Source: Candidatus Kuenenia stuttgartensis | GTDB lineage: Bacteria > Planctomycetota > Brocadiia > Brocadiales > Brocadiaceae | Reading direction: 5' to 3' | Assembly: GCF_900232105.1 (NCBI RefSeq) | Contig: NZ_LT934425.1 | Location: forward strand, 3,960,001-3,992,000 | DNA length: 32,000 bases | Shown here: positions 17,694 to 27,151 of the stretch, one piece after another | How positions within the stretch are numbered: the first letter of the stretch is position 1 | How the letters are laid out: each line of letters opens with the position of its first letter | Made by a program: the position numbers and the translations under genes | The notes under the pieces: model-generated | Database searches by the model: none | Told to the model about the DNA's origin: nothing | What the model saw: the letters and a program-made list of their open reading frames with translations, nothing else

Positions 17694-18056
17694 TTGGGCA
17701 TTTTTGGAGCATTTATTCTAAGACGTAGCAGAAAGAGGGCTACCTGCGAGACTTTGATAGAAGAGAGTAAAGGACAGATGAATGCGGGGCACATACGTAC
17801 GGGTGAATTTTTGGCCAATGCTGCGCTATTTCAGTGTGCGGTGTTAGCGTATAATCTTTTGAAGTGGATGGGATTGCTCAGTGGTGGAGTGATACAACAG
17901 TGGGAAGTAAAGACGATGAGACTGTGGTTAATCCGTGTGGCAGGGAAACTGGTGGAGAGAAGCCGGCAGATGACATTAAAATTGCCGGAGAAATTTCTCC
18001 ATCAGGAGGAATGGGAAAAGTGGGAACGCATGTCACTGGATGTAGTTTTTCAGTAG
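17694..18056 (+). pseudogene. C-terminal remnant (~110 aa) of an IS1380/IS4-group DDE transposase
   Basis: RKRATCETLIEESKGQ...GEFLANAALFQCAVLAYNLLKWM...MRLWLIRVAGKLVERSRQMTLKL matches the recalled conserved C-terminal block of IS1380-type transposases. No N-terminal two-thirds is present. Confidence 0.65.
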
Positions 18057-18276
18057 AAAACCGACGTTGTATTTCGTTTTTTTAGTCTTTTGAGAGTGGT
18101 AAGTATACCGCAGATGGAGACAGTACATCCCTATCTTGATTTTCATTGCATCAGAGAGCACGTTTCCGACAATTTCCCATGTCTTTTTGTTTAAAGTAGT
18201 ACAATAGCGCTACCACAATTGCTAAAAAACGGATATCTGTTATCGCTTTTTGCCAATCTTGGTAGTGGAAAATACT

Positions 18277-18297
18277 GATTTTCGCATTGCGAAAATC
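18277..18297. promoter_or_regulatory. Perfect 10-1-10 palindrome gattttcgca-t-tgcgaaaatc, 40 bp upstream of the EcsC-like gene (candidate operator)
   Basis: Read directly from the sequence. Function is inferred from position only. Confidence 0.3.
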
Positions 18298-18336
18298 GTT
18301 TGCAGGATTTAGGTATTAGAAAATCCGGGGTTCTTT

Positions 18337-19068
18337 ATGAAGGTTTGCAATAAAATTGGCAAGCCGATAGAACTTGGTATGAGTAAATTACCAGCAAAGG
18401 CACAGAAGGTGATTGAAAAAGCAGTAAAAGCTAGTCTTGAACGAGCGCTCAAAGCTGCTGTGTTTACCCTGAATACATCGGAAAATACTAAACCATCAAA
18501 TTGGCGGCATCGTATTGCTGTAATAGTTACTGGCGCAGTGGGTGGTGCTTTCACTTGGATAGCGCTGCCATTCGAATTGCCAATATCTACAGTCATTATG
18601 CTCCGTTCCATTGCCGATCATGCGCGGTCACAGGGTTTTGATATTACAGATTATAAAACCCGCATGGAATGTTTAAGCGTCTTTGCTTTAGGATCGGACA
18701 TAAAACCTGAAAATGTAAATGAATCGTCTTATTATGCAGTAAGAGGCGCACTGGCAAAACTCCTTACCGAAGCGGCAGAATACATTGCGCAAAGGGCAGG
18801 GGTTGAGGCAATTACCGAGGAAACAGAAAGGCTGCTTGCCCCGCAAATTGTAAAATTTATTGAGAAAATAGCAACTCGTTACGGTATTGTTGTAACAGAA
18901 AAGGCGGCAAGCGTTGCGATACCGTTAATCGGCGCTGCCGGTGGAGCAATAATTAACACGCTCTTTATAAATCATTTTCAGGATGCCGCCAAGGCGCATT
19001 TTACTATAAGAAGGCTTGAACATAAATACGGAGGGGAAATTGTCCGAATGGTTTACGAAAAAATGTAA
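18337..19068 (+). CDS. EcsC-family protein
   Basis: GAVGGAFTWIALPFELPISTVIMLRSIADHARSQGFDITDYKTRMECLSVFAL parallels the B. subtilis EcsC block GAGGILLGLADFPLLLSIKMKFLFEAASVYGFDVKDYEERLFLLHVFQL, recalled from memory. No ecsA or ecsB is nearby. Confidence 0.65.
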   Translation: MKVCNKIGKPIELGMSKLPAKAQKVIEKAVKASLERALKAAVFTLNTSENTKPSNWRHRIAVIVTGAVGGAFTWIALPFELPISTVIMLRSIADHARSQGFDITDYKTRMECLSVFALGSDIKPENVNESSYYAVRGALAKLLTEAAEYIAQRAGVEAITEETERLLAPQIVKFIEKIATRYGIVVTEKAASVAIPLIGAAGGAIINTLFINHFQDAAKAHFTIRRLEHKYGGEIVRMVYEKM

Positions 19069-19279
19069 CCACCAAAAAACAGCAAAATGGTGGATGTTTT
19101 AAAGAAAGTCGAAACTATGTTTCTGGTTGTATCGCTGAATTGCAACTACCACAAGTAAAAGGCAAATGCAAGGTTAATTTAGGTAAATACGAGGAGTTAA
19201 TAAATGCTAGCGTGAGTTTATCACAAAATAAGGCATGAAGCAACGTAACATAAATACAGTCAATGCGTTAAGCACAACA

Positions 19280-21016
19280 TCAATTGTATACACTGAGTCC
19301 TTGAAGTTTCAGCCGATGTTTGTGGAAATCCATAATGCCTAACGCATTCATCAACAGAGATTCCTTGTCGGACATTTCTTCCAATTTGTAGGTAGCCTTA
19401 ACTCTCCCTCTGGCCTTTGTTTCTTCAAGCATAGCAGAAAGCCTTATATTATTAAGGGTGTCTAACAGGGTATCTAACGTTCCACTAAATTGTGCGTGCG
19501 CTTTTGCCTGATACCACACAATCGCCGCCATTAGGTATCCGAGGACGCAAATAAAAAAATGCACCCTGATTTTCTGATCCGTCCAGTGAAATTGCGGTTT
19601 TAAAGCAAGGTGATAGGGGTTCTTGAGATTTCTAAAGGCATGTTCAATTTTTGATTGCCCATAGTAGGCTTTTATAATGTCCGCGGTATCCCAATCGTGA
19701 TGGTCTGTCATAAGAATCCTGAACCCCAGTTCCCCTTCTATTTCTTCGAGCTTTTTCTGGTCGATTGAAAAATTCAATTGAAACTTGCCTTCAGATACCT
19801 CTTTTAACGACCAATCGATAACATCCTTCGCAAATTGACATTTCACTACACTTCTTATCGTATCCTCCAGACCCTCTTTGTCCCGCATCTTTCCCTTTGG
19901 ATTACACAGATGCTGCTGTAAGAGCTTTAACTGATGTTCTGCCTTTTCCAGAGACTGAGACATTCCCCTTAATTGCCCAACCTTTAATTTCTCGGAAATA
20001 AATACGACAACGGTTCTTTCCTGCCCCCAAATAACCCGTTTGTCATGGTACACCTGTATCTTACTGCCGTCAACGTCATATTCCCTGAAATTACACATGG
20101 CATCCCCTACCAACTGCTTGTGATGATACGGTGTAAGCGCTCCAACGTAATGCAATGCCAATCTCTCTACAATAGCCATATTGTCCATGGAATTGTTTCC
20201 ACGATCAAAAACAATAGTGTGCTTTTTGCTGTCGAAACCTAATCCGGTCATCCTGTCTTTTATCGTCTCAAGAACCGCGCTGAACACCTTTGCATCCGCC
20301 ATGTTCCCCTGATAGGTATGGTGAAACAACGGTATCATGTCGTTACGTGTAACGACCATCGCCAACCCGACCTGCCTGAGATCGTATCGCTTTTGTTTGT
20401 TTTTCCCCCGCCGGGCAATAGTGCATCGCAGATTAGTTGTGTCGATATACGTGAAAAAATTGGTTGTATCAAAAAACAGTGTGTCGCTTTGAAGGTTGTA
20501 TGTTTTAAATGTCTTTTCAATTAATTCGCGCTCGATTTCTGCAATGGATTCTTCAGGAAGTGCATCCATCAAATCCCAGAAATGCTGACTGTCTATTTTA
20601 CTCAAGCTGTGTCTGAGTAAGTATTCGGCAGTAGTCGTCTTTGCCCAATCCCACCATCCTCTTTTGCTGGTAGGCACACACACTCTCCCCACGGCACCCA
20701 ACAAGAGGGTACTTCCGGCGGTCAGATTATTTCGAACAGGTTTTTTAGCACAATACTGCCGTGGCGACTTTATATATTTATTAATCACGGAAGGGACGTC
20801 CAGGGCATTGGCCACACTTAGCAATGCGGCTACCGCGCCATGTGAATAAGATTTGAGCCGTAATTTTTCGGTAAGACCTTGCAGTTGTTTTAATAAATCG
20901 TCTGCCTTGCCAAGATAGGCCAGGACGATGGGCCTGGGCTTGCCGTTAACGCGCCGCGATTCGACAATATACCAATATTTATAACCTCTGGAGTTTTTAG
21001 ATTGAATGGTAGCCAT
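19280..21016 (-). CDS. IS1634-family (IS4-like) DDE transposase, full length
   Basis: N-terminus is MATIQSKNSRGYKYWYIVESRRVNGKPRPIVLAYLG. DDE-region strings are LFFDTTNFFTYI, IVFDRGNNS and YYGQSKIEHAFRNLK...IRVHFFICVLGYL. Confidence 0.88.
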   Translation of the reverse strand: MATIQSKNSRGYKYWYIVESRRVNGKPRPIVLAYLGKADDLLKQLQGLTEKLRLKSYSHGAVAALLSVANALDVPSVINKYIKSPRQYCAKKPVRNNLTAGSTLLLGAVGRVCVPTSKRGWWDWAKTTTAEYLLRHSLSKIDSQHFWDLMDALPEESIAEIERELIEKTFKTYNLQSDTLFFDTTNFFTYIDTTNLRCTIARRGKNKQKRYDLRQVGLAMVVTRNDMIPLFHHTYQGNMADAKVFSAVLETIKDRMTGLGFDSKKHTIVFDRGNNSMDNMAIVERLALHYVGALTPYHHKQLVGDAMCNFREYDVDGSKIQVYHDKRVIWGQERTVVVFISEKLKVGQLRGMSQSLEKAEHQLKLLQQHLCNPKGKMRDKEGLEDTIRSVVKCQFAKDVIDWSLKEVSEGKFQLNFSIDQKKLEEIEGELGFRILMTDHHDWDTADIIKAYYGQSKIEHAFRNLKNPYHLALKPQFHWTDQKIRVHFFICVLGYLMAAIVWYQAKAHAQFSGTLDTLLDTLNNIRLSAMLEETKARGRVKATYKLEEMSDKESLLMNALGIMDFHKHRLKLQGLSVYN

Positions 21017-21119
21017 GGCTATTAGTTGTTAGTGTATACGTAATAGATTAATACTCCGTGTATAATAGTATATACAGGCATATAATGCAATATAAATATA
21101 GTATTATTCAGTGTATACA
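19285..21119 (-). mobile_element. IS1634-family insertion sequence, apparently complete (~1.84 kb)
   Basis: Perfect 12-bp terminal inverted repeat, tgtatacactga at 19285-19296 and tcagtgtataca at 21108-21119, brackets a single 578-aa transposase gene. A related agtgtatac motif also occurs at about 21033-21041. Confidence 0.7.
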
Positions 21120-21160
21120 TAATTTTTTAGACAAAAAAAGTCGCAACCCGATACAAATCA

Positions 21161-23344
21161 TTGGATTGCAACTTGATGTCTTTGTCTTACACCTTATTTC
21201 GTGATAAACTCACGCTAGAACATTATGAGCAGAAAAAACAGGCAGTTTTAGATTTGGCAGATATTTATTTGAAAGATCGGCCGGAGACTAAAGACGTTGG
21301 TTTCCATGCAATGAAAAAAAATTTAGAAGATAGCAAATATATTTTAGCCGTTGTTGGTGAAGTAAAGGCGGGCAAATCAACGTTTATAAATGCCTTACTG
21401 AAAGAAGAAGTGTTACCAAGCGGTGTCTTGCAAAATACAAAGGCAATTATTGAAATTGAAAAACCCAAAGAAGACGAAAACGGAAGAAAGTATATTAAGG
21501 TTGTCTGGGGTAATAAAGATAATGAAGGTAAAAACGTAGAAACTATTTTTGAATCGGAAAACAAAGAAGACCTTAATAATGAGCTTAAAAAGATCGCTGC
21601 TGTGGACACAAAATACAGGGATATACCGACTACTGTTATTGATGGCTATTTACTTAATGACATAGCAGAGATACCAATAGAAGCATTAGAAAGAGAAGGG
21701 GAATATTCCTCCTTAACAGGAAAGGAAAGCCTTATAAAAAGTTATATAGAAGAATACAAAGATAAGTCAAAAATACCTGTGGAAATCCATTTTGTATATC
21801 CATTGCAGTACTCTTTCAGCGATTTGGTAGTAGTAGATAGCCCTGGGGTAAATGCAAGAGGTGGAATACAAAGAAGAACCAGGGAATCCATTTATAGAGC
21901 GAATGCAATAATATTTGTCCGGTCGCTTGAAACACCGGCAGAACACACATCTTTTCGTGAATTTTACAGAGAAGTAATTCCTGACAGACCAAAGGAAACA
22001 CTGTTTCTGGTCTTTACTAAAGCACAAGATAAAGACGAGCTTGATTTAAAAAAAGATGAAATCAGAGAAGACATATCTGAAATATCTGAAGAAAAAATCA
22101 TTGGTGTTGATAGCCTATGCAGATTATTGCAATTTGAATTAGAAAAATATAAAACTCCAGACGAATTAATTGATACTTATAAAAAACAGAAGACTGAACT
22201 ATCTGAACAGTTAAATAAAGCCAGCAATGATACAAAAAAAGAATTAAGGGAAAAAATTGTTGTAATAAATAATAAATTGAAAATCCTTGAAAGTATTCCC
22301 TTTAAAGAAAACAAAAAACAATATTCAGATGAGTTAAAAAAGATGTCAAATTTTGACAAAATGGAGGAAATCATTGAAAAGTTTTCTACCCAAGCTCCAC
22401 TCCAACAATTACAAGAGATTTTAGAAAGTATTAAAGAAGGCTACAAATCTCAAAGTGAAATATTAAAAGAAAATATAAAACTTAAAGGAATGAAAATAGA
22501 AGAGCCTCAAAAATTGGAAATAAAAATCAAAGAGCTAATGGATGCCCTTAAAGAATACGAATATGATAAAGGGGAATTTGTACGAAAATTGGGATATAAA
22601 TACGGCGGAGAACAAGCCTTATATATGGATAACATCAAAAAAATTAAAGAATCTGTAGACAATATTTTATTACAGGATTCCGAGGATAAAATTTTCAAAG
22701 AGTGTGAAAATATAGAAAACATGATACGGACAGTGACAGATAAAGTGGTAGAAGAAATATCTGATGAAGTATTAAATTACTTCAATGAGAAAAAAGTCGA
22801 ATTTAAAGAGAAATATGATATTACCATTCCAACCGTTAATGTAAATACGTTAAAAACCGCTGCAATGGAAAGTTCTTACGATGAAAGAGATGATTATAAA
22901 GATGAGAAAAAGACACAGTTAGAAAGAAAATGGTATACTTTATGGGTTTATCGACACACAAGAGAATACTTTGAGAAAGTTAAAACTGGTACTATTAAGG
23001 TATTCAATAATGCAAAATATTTGGAAAAATTAAAAAAAGAATTAAAAGATGAAAATTGGAAACGAGTAGACAATTTACAAAAGGAGCATATTAAGCCTAT
23101 TGTCAATAAATATTGCGAATCAGTTATAAGAGAGACTGACAACCTTATTGAAGAAAGAAAAAAAAGCCTAAACGAACTATTAGAAGAAAGCAAAACGAAT
23201 GATCGACATATAAAAGATATTAAGAAATTAAAAAAAAAGTTAGAAGATATAGGAAGTGATAAAGAAGGTGAAGAAAAAGGGAAACTGAAAGAAGTAAAAA
23301 ATCAAATATCTATCATATCAGGGAAAGGAGAAACCTTAAAATGA
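21161..23344 (+). CDS. Bacterial dynamin-like GTPase with a long K/E-rich coiled-coil C-terminal half
   Basis: G1 P-loop is GEVKAGKST (nt 21356-21382), G3 is VVVDSPGVNARG, and LVFTKAQDKD is G4-like. The start is TTG 21161 or, more likely, ATG 21176. The last ~430 aa are lysine/glutamate-rich heptad-like sequence. The stop overlaps the next start (ATGA). Confidence 0.85.
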   Translation: MDCNLMSLSYTLFRDKLTLEHYEQKKQAVLDLADIYLKDRPETKDVGFHAMKKNLEDSKYILAVVGEVKAGKSTFINALLKEEVLPSGVLQNTKAIIEIEKPKEDENGRKYIKVVWGNKDNEGKNVETIFESENKEDLNNELKKIAAVDTKYRDIPTTVIDGYLLNDIAEIPIEALEREGEYSSLTGKESLIKSYIEEYKDKSKIPVEIHFVYPLQYSFSDLVVVDSPGVNARGGIQRRTRESIYRANAIIFVRSLETPAEHTSFREFYREVIPDRPKETLFLVFTKAQDKDELDLKKDEIREDISEISEEKIIGVDSLCRLLQFELEKYKTPDELIDTYKKQKTELSEQLNKASNDTKKELREKIVVINNKLKILESIPFKENKKQYSDELKKMSNFDKMEEIIEKFSTQAPLQQLQEILESIKEGYKSQSEILKENIKLKGMKIEEPQKLEIKIKELMDALKEYEYDKGEFVRKLGYKYGGEQALYMDNIKKIKESVDNILLQDSEDKIFKECENIENMIRTVTDKVVEEISDEVLNYFNEKKVEFKEKYDITIPTVNVNTLKTAAMESSYDERDDYKDEKKTQLERKWYTLWVYRHTREYFEKVKTGTIKVFNNAKYLEKLKKELKDENWKRVDNLQKEHIKPIVNKYCESVIRETDNLIEERKKSLNELLEESKTNDRHIKDIKKLKKKLEDIGSDKEGEEKGKLKEVKNQISIISGKGETLK

Positions 23345-23991
23345 TTTTAAAAACGGGGACTCAAAAAATTTATTCGGTAGTTGATAATGCCTTTACGGAA
23401 CTTCAAGCAGATATTAAAAGAAGGTACAATCTTAATGGCAATTACAGCATTGACGAGGTGAAAAATCAAATCGTTGATGGTTTGTCTGGTATGATTGCAT
23501 CAAGAACGAATGCACTTCTTGATACACTACGGAATTTACTCCTGGATGATGCCGCAACCTACCTTAAAAAAGCGCCTATAGACACAAGAAATAATTTTTA
23601 TAAAAAGGGTTTTAAAGAAATGATTGAGAGATCATTTCAATTCAAGTCAGATAATTTAATTTGTTCTCATGACCCAAGGGTTCTGGGCAGTTGTATTACC
23701 GGGGGTAGTACATTATTAGCGGGTGGTTTAATTGCATTCTTTATTTTTTCGGGTCTTTGGCCAAAGGTAATTGCAGGAATTGTTGCCCTCGCACTATCTG
23801 GCACAACAGCAGGTATTGCTTACAAAAGAATGCTGCCAAAGGCACGGGAACAATTTGAAAAAGACATTGAATCATTTCTCAGTGCAACGAAGAAACAGTT
23901 GATAGAAGAATTTGATCATTTAACAAACAAATTTTTTAGTGAATTCGAGATGTTTTGCAAAAACGAAGGTTTTGGGGGGATAGATCAATGA
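23341..23991 (+). CDS. Membrane protein with a central 2-TM hairpin (operon partner of the dynamin-like GTPase)
   Basis: 216 aa. The hydrophobic stretch STLLAGGLIAFFIFSGLW-PK-VIAGIVALALSGTTAGIAY is flanked by ~125 aa and ~50 aa soluble regions. ATGA overlaps occur at both ends. No family was recognised. Confidence 0.7.
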   Translation: MILKTGTQKIYSVVDNAFTELQADIKRRYNLNGNYSIDEVKNQIVDGLSGMIASRTNALLDTLRNLLLDDAATYLKKAPIDTRNNFYKKGFKEMIERSFQFKSDNLICSHDPRVLGSCITGGSTLLAGGLIAFFIFSGLWPKVIAGIVALALSGTTAGIAYKRMLPKAREQFEKDIESFLSATKKQLIEEFDHLTNKFFSEFEMFCKNEGFGGIDQ

Positions 23992-26900
23992 CGGAAGAAA
24001 CAATCGTAAAAAATAAAGAAACGGTTAAGGAAATTGAAAGTTTGTTTGAAAATATACTTCCTTGGTCACCACTATCGATTGATAGCACAATTAATAACAA
24101 ATTGGAAGAAACACCTTTTTTGGGCGGAATCTATTTCTTTCCAATCTATGAAATTACAATAGCAAACAATAGAGAAGACATACCGGAATTAATCAGGAAA
24201 CGATTTCTCAATATTCTGGCAGCATCCTACAAATCACAAAATAGCGTCATAACAGTGTTCAAGGGAGAAAAAGACAAATTACAGGTATATATTGGTTTCC
24301 AACTCAACACCCATAGTGGAATAAATACTACAAAACCAGAAGTTTTCCAAAGTATAGTAGAAGGCGTCATTCCAGGCTCAAAAACAAAGCTAGACCGAAC
24401 AATAAACCTTCCTGATATGATTTCGGATAAAAAATATGGCGGTATCATTTCTGGAATCCCTACCATAAAAATTGAGGATGAAAAGCAACATTTCAATATC
24501 TCCTCTGTAATTCGTAGTCTCTATGGCGAAGAATTTGTTCTGGCAATTATTTCAAAGCCTATTTTACCAGATGAATTATCCCAACAGTTTTTAAATGTAT
24601 TAAAGGCAAGAGATGTTTGCCACCAATTTGCTGTTCAAACGAAAGGTTCGGAAGGTGGAGGAAGTAGAGGCGAGCAAAAGTCTGAGACGATAACAGAAAG
24701 TAAAACACTTGCTGAAGGTTTAATTGCGAAGATTGTTGAGAGCGTAAAGGTTTTGCGCAACAAGGATAGTACACATAATGAAGAAGGTTTTTGGGCAGGT
24801 TTAATTTATAGTTATAGCAAACAAAAATCAGGATGCGAACAAACTGGAAAAAGTTTTGAAGAACACTGGGGACAAACGTTGAATAAAGAAATTCAAGATG
24901 GTATGGCAAAAGAGTTAGAACAAATATCAGATAATTACCTAAAAAGGCTAAAAAAAGGTATGAATGTAGGTTTCTGGGAAACGTCAATTACATTTGCTAC
25001 TGCAACTACAGAAGGGAGAGACAAGCTGGCAGGCAGCTTTTTGGGGGAATTGGGAAAACCAACAGATGAAAATTTCCCTGCACAATCTATCTTTGCCTCT
25101 ATTGACAAAAACAAGATTCTCTTAATACCAAAGGTTGACAATATCAGTCAGATATTCCCAAAAAGTTTGTGTTCCTATATTACAAGCGAAGAACTGGCAC
25201 AAATTGCTTCTCCGCCCATTGAATCACTGCCTGGCTATGAGATAAGAAGGATTCCAAATCTTAGCATGACAGATACACAACTAGATACTGCACAACAGCA
25301 TATTGAAATTGGCAAAATATGTGACTTTGGGAAACCAATACCTGCCTCATCATTTAATATCACACAGAAAGACTTTTCCAAACACATATTTATTTGTGGA
25401 TTAACTGGTAGTGGAAAATCAAACACGGCAAGGCAATTAATTAAAAATATTGACGTGCCCTTTTTACTTCTTGAATCCGCGAAAAGAGATTACCGACAAC
25501 TCCTAAGAAATAGAAAATTTAAAAATATCCTCAGAATATATACCATCGGAGATACGACAGTTTCTCCTATTCAATTTAATCCATTTTATATAATCCCTGG
25601 TGTCTCTCCAACTACCCATATTGACTACTTGAAAGCCATTTTTAATGCAAGCTTTTCAATGTATGGTCCTATGCCTCATATTGTAGAAAAATGTTTACAC
25701 ACTATTTATCAAAAGAAGGGATGGAATTTAACGAAAGGCACTCATCCCTTTCTATTTAAAGAAGGAGAGCCTTTAAGAAACAAAGAAAACGTTTCATTAT
25801 ATAAACATGATGAGGCAAAATTTTGTTTTCCCACGTTAAATGACCTGAAAGAAGAAGTTGAGCTTTATGTGAGCGAATCAAAGTACAGAGGGGAGTTGAA
25901 AGATAATATACAAGCTGCCATTATTACGCGATTGGAGAGCCTTTGTGTAGGCGCTAAGGGTGTCATGTTTAATACATTAATGCCTCCGAATATTCAAAAC
26001 CTGCTTGCGTACCCCGCAATTTTTGAGTTAGAACCATTGTCCGATGACGATGATAAGGCATTTTTAGTTGGGCTAATGCTGGTATTTATCACTGAATACA
26101 GACAATTAACAAATCCTGCCACAAGTCCAATTGTTAAAAAAAGAGGGCTGGAACATCTGTTGATTATAGAGGAGGCGCATAGATTATTAAAGAATGTAAA
26201 CACTGAACGCCAAATGGAAATGGTTGGCAACCCAAAAGGCAAAGCTGTTGAAACATTTTGCAATGTCATAGCGGAAATGCGCGCTCTGGGCCAGGGAGTT
26301 ATTGTTGTAGAACAAATACCTACAAAAATAGCGCCTGATGTTATAAAAAACACTAACACTAAAATAGTCCACCGGTTGGTTTCAAAAGACGATCAAACAT
26401 TACTGGCAGGTTCATTGAACCAATCGGATGAAGATGCACTTTATTTAGGTTCATTAAAGACAGGACATGCCTTATGTCACAAAGAAGGAATGGACAAACC
26501 CATTGAGGTAGAAATTAATTATTCAGATGATTCATGGCAAGTAAGTAATGAAAATGTGAAAAGTTTAGCACAGAATAAACAGTTATTACCGCAAGATATT
26601 TATCTGGAATTAAATGACTTTAAGTCTTGCGTTGGTAAGGCGGGTAAAGAAATTGTTTTTAAATTTTTAAATTCTCTTCTTACTTTAAACGATGATGAAT
26701 TTAATCATCTTCTTGCGAAAGTTCAAGGTGAATTAAAAAAGCTTTGTGTGGAGAACAACTATATCAACTATTTTGGTACAGATACAATACAACATTTTAT
26801 CGTCCATCAAATCACTGAAATATTTTCACGTGGAGTTTACTGTATTGGATGGAAGTTTCCAACGGGGCTGATAAGTATTGCAAAAGAATTAATTAAAGAG

Positions 26901-27131
26901 GAAAAACATGACTCGTTAGAAAGGCTAAAAGAGTTAATAGCCAATTATTGGAATGTAAAAAATACGAAAGAAGGTATTTGTGAAATTATTACAAAATTGG
27001 TACGCAAATATCATATTGACAAAAAACTAAATCATTTTGATAGTTTCGTCTTGGAGAGGATTATAAAAGACTATTTTCTTATAGTAGATAATTCAATATG
27101 TAATGCGATTCTATATCATGTAATGCAATAA
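23988..27131 (+). CDS. Large HerA/FtsK-type (DUF87-like) P-loop ATPase with a ~470-aa unrecognised N-terminal region
   Basis: Walker A is ICGLTGSGKSNT (nt 25398-25424) and Walker B is HLLIIEEAHRLL (nt 26154-26180). Downstream GQGVIVVEQIPTKI and NTNTKIVHRL are typical of HerA/VirB4-like ATPases. The likely start is ATG 23988, overlapping the upstream stop as ATGA (the ORF track starts at 23955). Confidence 0.8.
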   Translation: MTEETIVKNKETVKEIESLFENILPWSPLSIDSTINNKLEETPFLGGIYFFPIYEITIANNREDIPELIRKRFLNILAASYKSQNSVITVFKGEKDKLQVYIGFQLNTHSGINTTKPEVFQSIVEGVIPGSKTKLDRTINLPDMISDKKYGGIISGIPTIKIEDEKQHFNISSVIRSLYGEEFVLAIISKPILPDELSQQFLNVLKARDVCHQFAVQTKGSEGGGSRGEQKSETITESKTLAEGLIAKIVESVKVLRNKDSTHNEEGFWAGLIYSYSKQKSGCEQTGKSFEEHWGQTLNKEIQDGMAKELEQISDNYLKRLKKGMNVGFWETSITFATATTEGRDKLAGSFLGELGKPTDENFPAQSIFASIDKNKILLIPKVDNISQIFPKSLCSYITSEELAQIASPPIESLPGYEIRRIPNLSMTDTQLDTAQQHIEIGKICDFGKPIPASSFNITQKDFSKHIFICGLTGSGKSNTARQLIKNIDVPFLLLESAKRDYRQLLRNRKFKNILRIYTIGDTTVSPIQFNPFYIIPGVSPTTHIDYLKAIFNASFSMYGPMPHIVEKCLHTIYQKKGWNLTKGTHPFLFKEGEPLRNKENVSLYKHDEAKFCFPTLNDLKEEVELYVSESKYRGELKDNIQAAIITRLESLCVGAKGVMFNTLMPPNIQNLLAYPAIFELEPLSDDDDKAFLVGLMLVFITEYRQLTNPATSPIVKKRGLEHLLIIEEAHRLLKNVNTERQMEMVGNPKGKAVETFCNVIAEMRALGQGVIVVEQIPTKIAPDVIKNTNTKIVHRLVSKDDQTLLAGSLNQSDEDALYLGSLKTGHALCHKEGMDKPIEVEINYSDDSWQVSNENVKSLAQNKQLLPQDIYLELNDFKSCVGKAGKEIVFKFLNSLLTLNDDEFNHLLAKVQGELKKLCVENNYINYFGTDTIQHFIVHQITEIFSRGVYCIGWKFPTGLISIAKELIKEEKHDSLERLKELIANYWNVKNTKEGICEIITKLVRKYHIDKKLNHFDSFVLERIIKDYFLIVDNSICNAILYHVMQ

Positions 27132-27151
27132 TAAAATCGGAGGACCAATTA

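Noticed and set aside
22000-23340. Apparent repetitiveness (runs of aaa/gaa) in the 3' half of the dynamin-like gene, considered as a possible tandem DNA repeat.
   Set aside because: No fixed period or repeated unit was found. It is low-complexity Lys/Glu coding sequence consistent with a coiled coil.
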